A stretch of DNA of 36,643 nt from Planctomycetaceae bacterium. Its GTDB lineage: Bacteria > Planctomycetota > Planctomycetia > Planctomycetales > Planctomycetaceae. The DNA lies in NCBI GenBank assembly GCA_050246455.1, contig JBFWWA010000001.1:1-36643 (forward strand), in the 5' to 3' direction. This document shows, piece by piece, positions 24,005 to 31,784 of this stretch. How positions within the stretch are numbered: the first letter of the stretch is position 1; each line of letters begins with the position of its first letter. The notes under the pieces are model-generated. The model made no database searches. It was given only the letters and a program-made list of their open reading frames with translations, and had not been told where the DNA came from. The position numbers and the translations under genes were made by a program.

Positions 24005-25699
24005 ATGTCTGACGCGCTCAACCTGGAAGCGACATACGATTCTGATGCCGACGAAGTCGATCGGAGCCGGCTTCCATTCTCGCTCTTGCTGGAACTCGAC
24101 GTCCGCGATCCCGACACCATCGCGGAGCTCGTCCGGCATGGCGAAGGTGGGGAACGGGAGCACTTCGCGCTCGATGCCCTGCGGATCGGCGTGCTGGCGC
24201 TCAAGCAGGCGCGCGGCCAGATCGATGCCGACCTCGTGCGGCGAGAAAGCGAACGACTCCTCGGCGACCTGGCGACGAGGCTCGACGGGCACTCGCGCCT
24301 CGTCAACGACACACTGACACGGACGCTCAAGGATTATTTCGATCCCGAGAGCGGTCGTTTCGAAGAGCGGGTCAACCGGCTCATCAAGCAGGACGGGGAA
24401 CTCGAGGGGATTCTCCGCCGACAGATCGGCTCGGACGACTCGCAATTGGCGCGAACCCTTGCGACACATTTCGGGGCAGACAGTCCGCTTCTCAAGTGGC
24501 TCAGCCCCGATCAATCGCAGGGGCTCATGGCGGCTCTTCGAGAAACGCTCGAAAACCAGTTGCAGGTGCAGCGCGAGCACGTGCTCAGCCAGTTCTCGCT
24601 CGACAACAAGGAAAGCGCGCTGACGCGGTTCATCTCGGAGCTCACCGATCATCAGGGGAAGTTTTCCGAGCAGCTGCAGGGGAAGATCGACGAGGCGGTC
24701 CGCGAGTTCTCGCTGGATGACGAAACTTCTGCGCTGAGCGGGCTGGTTCGGCGCGTGACCGAAGCGCAGAAGACGATTACGAGCGAGTTCTCGCTCGACG
24801 AGGAGAAGTCGGCGCTTTCCAAGCTGAAGCGGATTCTCGAAAACACGAACGAAGCGATCGAGAGCCATCTGTCGCTCGACGTCGAAGATTCCGCTCTCGC
24901 GCGGTTGAAGCGGGAACTTCTGAAGCTGCACGAAGAACATCACGAAGTGAATCGCAAGTTTCAGGAGGAAGTGCGCGAGACGCTGCAGGCGATGATCATC
25001 CGGAAGAAGGAAGCGGCCCGCTCGACGACGCACGGAATTGAATTTGAAGAAGCCGTTTACGAGCACCTCAGCCGTGAAGCCCAGCGCTACAGCGATGTCG
25101 CGGAACGCTGCGGATCGTCAACGGGGCAGATCAAAAACTGCAAGACCGGCGACTGCATCCTCGTGCTCGGTCCCGAATGCCTGGCGGGTGGTGCGCGAAT
25201 CGTACTCGAAGCGAAAGAAGTTGCGGGCTATTCGCTGACGGACGCCCGGGCCGAAATTGAACAGGCGCGGCAGAACCGGGATGCGCAAGTGGGAGTCTTC
25301 GTCTTTTCGCGAAAATTCGCACCGGAGGGGATCGAGCCGCTGTCACGCTTTGGAAATGATGTGATGATCATCTGGGATGCGGAAGATGCAACTTCCGATC
25401 TTTACTTCCGCGCGGGACTGTCGCTGGCGAGGGCGCTCTGCGTCCGCAACAAGACGATGACGGAAACGCAGAAGGTCGATTTTCAGGAGATCGACCGGGC
25501 GATCCTCGAGATCGAAAAGCGGTCCATGATGCTCGAAGAGATCGACAAGTGGGCGGCGACCATCAAGAACAACGGCGAGAAAATCATCGATCGTGTCCGC
25601 ACCTCTCGAGCGGCACTCGAAAAGCAGGTCGGCATTCTTCGCGAGAAAACGGACGAGTTGAAGGCATCCACCGAAGCGGGCGAAGCGGAAGAGGCCTGA
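24005..25699 (+). CDS. Helical-repeat protein with C-terminal PD-(D/E)xK nuclease-fold block (uncharacterised)
   Basis: The 564-aa ORF has high GC3 and AAGGAAG upstream. It contains four FSLDxxxSALxxL repeats (24593-24919). The block GIEFEE...TGDCILVL...RIVLEAKE...VGVFVFS (about 25034-25320) fits an E / D / ExK nuclease core like those of RmuC- and DUF2130-type proteins. A coiled coil closes the C-terminus. Confidence 0.8.
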   Translation: MSDALNLEATYDSDADEVDRSRLPFSLLLELDVRDPDTIAELVRHGEGGEREHFALDALRIGVLALKQARGQIDADLVRRESERLLGDLATRLDGHSRLVNDTLTRTLKDYFDPESGRFEERVNRLIKQDGELEGILRRQIGSDDSQLARTLATHFGADSPLLKWLSPDQSQGLMAALRETLENQLQVQREHVLSQFSLDNKESALTRFISELTDHQGKFSEQLQGKIDEAVREFSLDDETSALSGLVRRVTEAQKTITSEFSLDEEKSALSKLKRILENTNEAIESHLSLDVEDSALARLKRELLKLHEEHHEVNRKFQEEVRETLQAMIIRKKEAARSTTHGIEFEEAVYEHLSREAQRYSDVAERCGSSTGQIKNCKTGDCILVLGPECLAGGARIVLEAKEVAGYSLTDARAEIEQARQNRDAQVGVFVFSRKFAPEGIEPLSRFGNDVMIIWDAEDATSDLYFRAGLSLARALCVRNKTMTETQKVDFQEIDRAILEIEKRSMMLEEIDKWAATIKNNGEKIIDRVRTSRAALEKQVGILREKTDELKASTEAGEAEEA

Positions 25700-25712
25700 G
25701 GATTCATCGCGC

Positions 25713-26636
25713 ATGATTGTCACCTGCCCGCGCTGTTCGACGCGGTATCGCCCGTATGGCGAAGACTACGACTACGAAGAAACAAAGAAGACCGCGGTCG
25801 ACAACTGGATCAAGGTTGTCTGTCCCGTCTGCGAACAGTGGGTCCGCCTGAACGACGGCAAGAAAATCCCGCCCCCCAACGTGGCGCCCGAGTACCTCCA
25901 GCAGGCGAAAGCGCAGGCGGAGATCGTCGAGGACGGAGAGGTAGACGACGAACCCCGAAAGTCTTCTTCGCGCACCGGATCGGCAACCGTCAGCGGGCGC
26001 TGTCCGGAGTGTCGTGCGAAGTTTCGCGCACCGGGGAAGTTCGCGGGGAAGTCCGTCAAGTGCCCCCGCTGCAAGGGGAGCGTCCCGATCCCGGAAATCG
26101 ACACCGAAGATTGGGGGGATGCCGGCGCGTGGGAGCCGATGCCGTCATCGAGCCGCTCTCACCAAGCGAGCGGCGGGCTTGCCGGCGTCCTGGATTTTGC
26201 GAACTGGCCTCCCGCCAGAAAGTACTGGGCGCTCGGATCCTCCGTGGCGATCCTGCTGGTGATCGGGTGCGCCGTCGCGTTCTCGTACGGTAAGAAAAGC
26301 GCGGCTGGTCCCCGCAAGAACTTCACCGAGATCGAGCGGCATATCCATGGGGATCCGCCGGCGTTCGGAATGCGGGGAGGGATCGGGCCCGCCCCGGGGC
26401 AGCCTTTCCCCCCTCCCGGGTTCGAGGTCCGCGCTCCGAAACATAATGTGAAGTACTCACCCGGTGATCGGGTTCGCGCAAAGTTCGCGGGGCGAATCTT
26501 CGCAGCGGAGGTGGTCGAACAGCTCACCGACAACCTCGTGCAGCTTCGTTCTCTCGGAATCGAAGAAGGTGAGCCGGCGCGGCTCATCGAAAAAGGGAAC
26601 ACCATTGCAATTCGCGTCGACGATATTCTGCCGTAG
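25713..26636 (+). CDS. Double zinc-ribbon, single-TM protein with C-terminal Tudor/SH3-like domain (uncharacterised)
   Basis: The ATG lies 13 nt after the upstream stop, preceded by GAGGA. The zinc ribbons are CPRC...CPVC and CPEC...CPRC. The TM helix is YWALGSSVAILLVIGCAVAF. A P/G-rich linker follows. The C-terminal segment is YSPGDRVRAKFAGRIFAAEVVEQL... Confidence 0.8.
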   Translation: MIVTCPRCSTRYRPYGEDYDYEETKKTAVDNWIKVVCPVCEQWVRLNDGKKIPPPNVAPEYLQQAKAQAEIVEDGEVDDEPRKSSSRTGSATVSGRCPECRAKFRAPGKFAGKSVKCPRCKGSVPIPEIDTEDWGDAGAWEPMPSSSRSHQASGGLAGVLDFANWPPARKYWALGSSVAILLVIGCAVAFSYGKKSAAGPRKNFTEIERHIHGDPPAFGMRGGIGPAPGQPFPPPGFEVRAPKHNVKYSPGDRVRAKFAGRIFAAEVVEQLTDNLVQLRSLGIEEGEPARLIEKGNTIAIRVDDILP

Positions 26637-26647
26637 TCGGACCGCGT

Positions 26648-27022
26648 TCAAGGCGTGATGACGCGCTGCTTGTTCTCGCGGTCGGTCAGCGTCACGCTCG
26701 TTCCTTTCTTGTCTGTCGCAAGACGAACCGTCGGCTCGACGCGGTCGTCGAACAGAAGCAGGCCGGTCCCTCCGTCAATCGAGCTGCCGATCTTGACGCG
26801 GACCTGCCCGTTGCCGTCCCGGAGGCGAATATTGCCGCTGCCGTCCTCTCCGAGAAACAGCTGAGCCCGCGCCTGTCCCTGCTTGTCGACCAGTTCGATG
26901 ACTTCGGCCCGGACGATTTTTTCCGGCCTCGGCTGCTGGTCCGAGACCGCGACCGACCAATGCCCGAGCACCAGCACGATGTTGAGAGCCGTGAGGATGT
27001 AGAAAATCTTTTCGCGTTTCAT
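26648..27022 (-). CDS. Membrane-anchored hypothetical protein
   Basis: The 124-aa ORF has an N-terminal TM helix (IFYILTALNIVLVLGHW) followed by a beta-rich repetitive region (GNIRLRDGNGQVRVKIG...). It is convergent with the zinc-ribbon gene. Confidence 0.55.
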   Translation of the reverse strand: MKREKIFYILTALNIVLVLGHWSVAVSDQQPRPEKIVRAEVIELVDKQGQARAQLFLGEDGSGNIRLRDGNGQVRVKIGSSIDGGTGLLLFDDRVEPTVRLATDKKGTSVTLTDRENKQRVITP

Positions 27023-27148
27023 GATTGTCTGCCTGTATCGGAACGGTGATCATGAACTCGAGACGATTTGACGCTGCATTTCACTCTATTTCCGCTGATC
27101 TCCGAAAACAATCGGTACTTTCAAGTCTGAGTCCATGGAAGCGAAACG

Positions 27149-27625
27149 ATGAGTAAGGCTTCGCTGACGATTCGAACGGCGACTGCCGCGGACGAACCGG
27201 CTGCTGCAAAACTCGCGGACGAGGTCTACGCAGCGCTCCGATCGATCTACCGTCCCACGGAAATGGCTCAGTCGAGCGGCCACCAGCTTCAGTCGAAACT
27301 CGAACGGCTTGTGGCGTTCGACGGCACCGAGCTCGCCGGCACAGTGAAATTCTTTATCGAGCAGGGAAGCCTGCGCGTGATCGGACTGGCAGTCGGCGAG
27401 CAGCATCGGCGACGGGGGACGGCGCGCGATCTGATCGAGGAGCTGATTCGCATCGCGCGCGACCGGGGAGCAACGTCGCTCAGCCTGTACTCGGTCCCCG
27501 CAGCCGGGGCGGTCCCCTTCTACGAGCGGCTCGGCTTTCGAATCGTGCGCGAATGCGAGGAAGGATACTTCGAGACACCCACGGGCGAACCGGTACCTGA
27601 GGTGTTCCTCGAGCGGTCGATCTGA
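27149..27625 (+). CDS. GNAT-family N-acetyltransferase
   Basis: The 158-aa translation has acetyl-CoA motif A (VIGLAVGEQHRRRGTARDLIEEL) and FYERLGF, typical of GNATs. Confidence 0.85.
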   Translation: MSKASLTIRTATAADEPAAAKLADEVYAALRSIYRPTEMAQSSGHQLQSKLERLVAFDGTELAGTVKFFIEQGSLRVIGLAVGEQHRRRGTARDLIEELIRIARDRGATSLSLYSVPAAGAVPFYERLGFRIVRECEEGYFETPTGEPVPEVFLERSI

Positions 27626-27648
27626 AGTCGAGACGACACGAGTTGCCG

Positions 27649-28050
27649 ATGCGAAGCCTGCTGCGATGCTTCCAATATGTCTGGGCGTCACCCGCCACGC
27701 TACTGGGTTTGCTTGCGGTGATTCTCGGCTGGATGACGGGAGGGTCGATTCAGGTCGTTCGCGGGGCGATCGAAGTGCATGGGGGGCTGGTGACGAAATT
27801 CCTGAAGCACGGCCTGCCGCTTCTGGGGGCGGGTGCGGCGATGACGCTCGGGCATGTCATCCTCGGCCGCGATGTCGAATGCCTCGACTACTGCCGGAAT
27901 CATGAGCACGTCCATGTTCGCCAGTACGAGCGATGGGGACCGTTCTTTCTCCCGGCTTATATCGCCGCGAGTCTCTATTTGTGGATCCGCGGGCGTGACC
28001 CGTATCTCGACAATCCGTTCGAACGAGAAGCGTACGAATACGAATCGTGA
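27649..28050 (+). CDS. Small membrane protein with HEHVH (HExxH) motif
   Basis: The start is ATG 27649, with an alternative TTG at 27643. Hydrophobic helices flank the motif CRNHEHVHVRQYERWGP. The family is not recognised. Confidence 0.6.
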   Translation: MRSLLRCFQYVWASPATLLGLLAVILGWMTGGSIQVVRGAIEVHGGLVTKFLKHGLPLLGAGAAMTLGHVILGRDVECLDYCRNHEHVHVRQYERWGPFFLPAYIAASLYLWIRGRDPYLDNPFEREAYEYES

Positions 28051-28080
28051 GATGCACGGCCGTCGTCATTGAACGCGAGG

Positions 28081-30354
28081 TCATTGAACCGCCTGGGCCG
28101 GTTCCAGATCCTTTGCAGGCGTACCACGCTTGGGCGTGGCGGCGATCATCAGGGCAAGTCCTGCAGCGGCTACAATCGCAGCGCCGGCAATCCACGTTGC
28201 GGGGAGATGGGCGTTCTCCATATCGGCCGTTTGCTCAAGGCCGAGCCCGAGTTTCTCGAGCTGATCCTGAAAGCGGAACACCAGCACAATCAGACTGTTG
28301 TGCACGGCGTGCAGCAGCATTCCCGGGAGGATGCTTCCCGTTCGAACGCGCACCCATCCGATGAACAGCCCCATTGTCGCCGTCGACAGGAACCGCTCGA
28401 CGGCAAGCTGGTCTGTCAGGACATGAAACAAACCGAACAGCAGCGCCGAGGCAATGATCGCGTCGCGCGCCTTGATCCGTGTCGAGAGTGCGCCGAGCAG
28501 ATAGCCGCGGAAGAAGAACTCTTCGCAAACGGCGGGAATGATTCCGAACCGGAAAATCAGGAGAGCAAGCGGCAGTTGCTGAACCTGGTCGAGGAGCCGT
28601 TTCGTCAGTTTGAGCTGTTCCTCGCTGAATGAAACGATCCCCCAGTCCTGTTGCAGTGCGACGACTTCGTGTGCGAATGCCCAGAGAGAGACGCCGAGAA
28701 TGGCTGCCGCGACGAACGTGAGAGCCGGAGCAGGCTTGATGCGAAACCCGTCGATGATGCGCACGCGATTCCAGACGGCGACGAGCGCCGGTATTCCCGC
28801 GAACAGCAGCACCGACAATACCGCGGTGAGGGCCACCTGAACGGCCATCGGCATATCGGTGCTCCGGGCGACGAGGTTCGCCGCCAGAAAGTTGCCGGGG
28901 AACATCAGCGCAAGACAAAGGAGCGCGCTTGTAAAGCTTGCCTCGCTCGCCGGACGGCGCGGTCTGCGGAACAGATCTCCCCAGGCCCCTTCACTTCCGT
29001 AGAGGATGGCATCGGTGCCGAAAACTCGCGCCGCAATTCCAATGGCCGCAAGTGCGAAGAGTGCGGTCGTCGCCACAACCACGAGTGTGATGATCGGCGA
29101 GGCTTCTCCCGCGAAGAGATCGCGCGCGAGGAGCACGATATTAATGAGCGGCGTAACGGCAAGCGGGCCGTGCAGGCTGAGTCCGGGGATCATGCTGAGC
29201 AGCCCCGGTGCGATGGAAACCAGCATCAACGGAATCAGGTACGCCTGTGCTTCCTTGAAGCTCCTCGCGAAGCTCGTCACCGCCAGGAGCACCGCTGCGA
29301 AGAATGCCGCGAACAGAACGAGCAGCGCGAAAATCTGAGAGGTCAGCAGCACCGACAGCCCCTGCTCGCCGAAAAGGAGCCTGGTCAGCCCCATGCTCGA
29401 GACCGTGATCATCATCGACGTCAGGTTCACTGTCGCCGTGAGGAGCGCGACCGTGACGACCGCGACGTACTTCGCGAGAAGCAGCTGCAGGCGGGGAACC
29501 GGCGCGGCGATGAGCATCTCGAGCGTCCCCCTTTCCCGTTCGCCGGCAGTCAGATCGATCGCCGGATAGACGGCTCCGGTAATCGTCATCAGAATCAGGA
29601 TGAGCGGAACGAGCGTCGCCAACGTCGAGGTCGGCGCTGCGCCGGTGCCGGTGGCGGCCACGGCGACGCGGTCGGTCCGGACCACCGTGATCCGCCCCGC
29701 GACCCCGAGACCGCGCAGCTGCTGACGATAGGCATCGGCATTAAGCGTGCCGAGAACCCGTTCAATGAAAGCGGCGGCGTCGCGGCTCCGTAACGAAGGC
29801 TCGTAGTACACCAGCTCACAGTCGAGCCCGAGTTCGTCGGCGTCGGAGATTTTGAATTTCTCCCGGTTCGTCAGCCGCACTCCGACGTCGATCGAGTTCG
29901 TCGAGACGTCATGCTCGAAATTATCGGAGACGAAGTACTCGATCGGTTGAGTGCTCTTCGGCGGGTTCCGTTCGTTTTCCTGGGCGACTTCGCCCGCGTT
30001 GTCGTCTCCCGGTTGCTTTTCGTTGCGGCGGCGTTGCGCTCTCCGGCTCCGAAGATCTTCAGCAATCAGACCTCTTTTGAGCGTTGAATTGAGAAGCTTT
30101 GCGTCCTCTTCCGACTCGACTCCGACGCGAAAGGAAACCTGGCGGGACATCCCCGCTGCGCCGGTCAGCAGGAATTTCTGGAAGGCGAGGCTCAACATCG
30201 GATAGACAATGAGCGGCATCAGGACGAGCGTGACGATCGTGCGCCGATCGCGGAGCGTCTCTCGCAATTCCTTGAGCGCGAGCCGTCCAATGCGGCCGGG
30301 TCGGTTGCCGTCGCTCGCAAAGGGGGGCTGGGAAGGCGCCGAGCTGGAGTTCAT
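28081..30354 (-). CDS. ABC-2 type permease (NatB-like) fused to a C-terminal CPBP/CAAX intramembrane protease domain
   Basis: The N-terminus ([26 protein letters not shown]) and a large loop followed by 6 TM helices match ABC-2/NatB permeases. The C-terminal domain has the CPBP motifs EEFFFRG (28510-28524), FGLFHV and HAVHN (28297-28311). The start overlaps the ATPase stop in an ATGA arrangement. Confidence 0.9.
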   Translation of the reverse strand: MNSSSAPSQPPFASDGNRPGRIGRLALKELRETLRDRRTIVTLVLMPLIVYPMLSLAFQKFLLTGAAGMSRQVSFRVGVESEEDAKLLNSTLKRGLIAEDLRSRRAQRRRNEKQPGDDNAGEVAQENERNPPKSTQPIEYFVSDNFEHDVSTNSIDVGVRLTNREKFKISDADELGLDCELVYYEPSLRSRDAAAFIERVLGTLNADAYRQQLRGLGVAGRITVVRTDRVAVAATGTGAAPTSTLATLVPLILILMTITGAVYPAIDLTAGERERGTLEMLIAAPVPRLQLLLAKYVAVVTVALLTATVNLTSMMITVSSMGLTRLLFGEQGLSVLLTSQIFALLVLFAAFFAAVLLAVTSFARSFKEAQAYLIPLMLVSIAPGLLSMIPGLSLHGPLAVTPLINIVLLARDLFAGEASPIITLVVVATTALFALAAIGIAARVFGTDAILYGSEGAWGDLFRRPRRPASEASFTSALLCLALMFPGNFLAANLVARSTDMPMAVQVALTAVLSVLLFAGIPALVAVWNRVRIIDGFRIKPAPALTFVAAAILGVSLWAFAHEVVALQQDWGIVSFSEEQLKLTKRLLDQVQQLPLALLIFRFGIIPAVCEEFFFRGYLLGALSTRIKARDAIIASALLFGLFHVLTDQLAVERFLSTATMGLFIGWVRVRTGSILPGMLLHAVHNSLIVLVFRFQDQLEKLGLGLEQTADMENAHLPATWIAGAAIVAAAGLALMIAATPKRGTPAKDLEPAQAVQ

Positions 30355-31115
30355 GCCGCGGGGCTTTCCGTTGATGTGTCGACCGACGAATCCCCCACGA
30401 ACTTCATGAACATCTCGACAAGTGTTTCACAGCCGGTCGAGCGCTGAAGCTCCGCGAGCGTTCCCTCCAGCACCAGCTTTCCGCGATGCAGCAGGCCGAA
30501 GCGGTCGCAAAGCCTCTCCGCTTCGTGCAGACGATGCGTGCAGACGATGACCGCGCGCCGATCTTCGCGCAGCTTTGCGATGTATTCGAAGATTGCCTGG
30601 CTGCCGAAGACGTCGAGCCCGCGCGTCGGCTCGTCGAGAAGCATGATCGGGGGGTTGTGGATCAGTGCGCGAGCAAGCTGGACGCGCTGCTTCTGCCCGG
30701 TGCTCAGGGTCGAGCTGCGCTGGTCGAGGAATTTCGTCACTCCCATCACTTCGCTGACGTGCGCAAGCTGTTTCCGCGCGGTTTCCGGCGAGAGGCCGTA
30801 GAGATCGGCGAAGAAGAGAAGCATTTCTCGCGGAGTCAGCCACTGGTACACGCCGGCGCTGGCTGAGACGAGCCCGACGCGCCGCTTCACCTCGTCGGGC
30901 GATTCGGAGGAGCGGAGCCCGTCGACTTCGGCATAGCCGCTCGTCGGGCGGAGCAGGCCGAGGATCATGCGGACGGTTGTCGTCTTTCCGGCACCATTGG
31001 GGCCGAGGAGTCCGTACACCTCGCCGGCACCGACGGTGAACGTCAGGCGATTGACTGCGACGATCTCGCGTCCACCGATTTCAAACGTTTTTGACAGTTC
31101 GTTGACCGAGATCAT
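30351..31115 (-). CDS. ABC transporter ATP-binding protein (NatA-like)
   Basis: It has Walker [10 protein letters not shown], the signature LSTGQKQR, Walker B IMLLDEPT and an H-loop CTHRL. Confidence 0.95.
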   Translation of the reverse strand: MISVNELSKTFEIGGREIVAVNRLTFTVGAGEVYGLLGPNGAGKTTTVRMILGLLRPTSGYAEVDGLRSSESPDEVKRRVGLVSASAGVYQWLTPREMLLFFADLYGLSPETARKQLAHVSEVMGVTKFLDQRSSTLSTGQKQRVQLARALIHNPPIMLLDEPTRGLDVFGSQAIFEYIAKLREDRRAVIVCTHRLHEAERLCDRFGLLHRGKLVLEGTLAELQRSTGCETLVEMFMKFVGDSSVDTSTESPAA

Positions 31116-31430
31116 TTCGCCTCAGGTCCGGGGAGACACAATGCGCAGAAGTTGCTCAGGACGTGATGCACCGACAGGGTTCAACCCCGGCCATCTTACG
31201 CGAAGTCTATGCGGCGTGTTGGTTTCGGTTCGGTGAAGGAGATTGCAAATCGCAGGATTCGTTGCGAGGCCAAACCGAGGGCTCGCCCTGATCCGAAGTG
31301 CGATGTGAATCCGGAGTGTCGGTTTGGCTTCATCAAACTTTCATTTTTTCTGAATTCAACAATGCTCTGCCGGACGCGGAGTTAGAACAATTTTTCGCCT
31401 CCGTCTCAGGGTGAACAAAAGATTGCGAAC

Positions 31431-31458
31431 TTGACTTCCTGGATGGCCGATTTATAGT
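31431..31458 (+). promoter_or_regulatory. Sigma70-type promoter for nrdJ (TTGACT - 16 nt - TATAGT)
   Basis: TTGACT lies at 31431-31436 and TATAGT at 31453-31458, inside an AT-richer intergenic region upstream of nrdJ. Confidence 0.5.
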
Positions 31459-31521
31459 GGCATCCCGTCTCACCGCACAACATCTGGTGCAAGTCGTCTG
31501 GACTCCCCCAACAAATAGTGG
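31445..31521 (+). promoter_or_regulatory. Candidate NrdR boxes (three phased 16-mers)
   Basis: GCACAACATCTGGTGC (31475-31490) matches the acaCwAtATaTwGtgt consensus at 11/16 positions. CCCCAACAAATAGTGG (31506-31521) matches at 12/16. Their centres are 31 bp apart. A weaker box (31445-31460) overlaps the -10 element. Confidence 0.4.
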
Positions 31522-31617
31522 TAAAATCAGGTAATCTGGGTTGGCGCGTTAAGTGAGCTTTTGTTCAGAAAAGCGTCGTCGGCTGCCGAAAACTGACATT
31601 GGCAATCTGTCCCGAAA

Positions 31618-31655
31618 GCACCTTCCCGTAATCGCGGAAGCGTGCGGTTTTTTTT
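31618..31655 (+). terminator. Leader attenuator-like hairpin + T8 in the nrdJ 5' UTR
   Basis: GCAC-CTTCC-CG / loop TAAT / CG-(C)-GGAAG-(C)-GTGC forms a stem (31618-31645). T8 follows at 31648-31655, about 130 nt upstream of the first nrdJ ATG. Confidence 0.5.
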
Positions 31656-31784
31656 GGCTGACATGGATCGGCCGGAACCCCCAGCGGGATCGGAAGCAAC
31701 TACGGGATTGAGTCGGACGCTGCGCAGGATGGTGTCTCAGCGTGATGGTTGGAAGAGTTACGATCAGGAACACTCAAGGAGTGC

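Noticed and set aside
23756-25066. 437-codon N-terminal extension of ORF 21233..25066 (PSCyt/DUF1549/DUF1553 gene)
   Set aside because: The extension is antisense to the well-structured plus-strand gene 24005-25699 and runs across a 250-bp intergenic region. A signal peptide and a GGAG RBS appear at the internal ATG 23755.
31466-31784. Possible cobalamin riboswitch in the nrdJ leader (GGTGCAAGTC and AATAGTGGTAAAATCAGGTAATCTGGG resemble Cbl core segments)
   Set aside because: I found no GCCACTG element and no B12 box (AGTCAGGAGACCTGCC-like). The similar segments coincide with the NrdR-like boxes. In addition, B12 riboswitches normally control B12-independent RNRs, not nrdJ.
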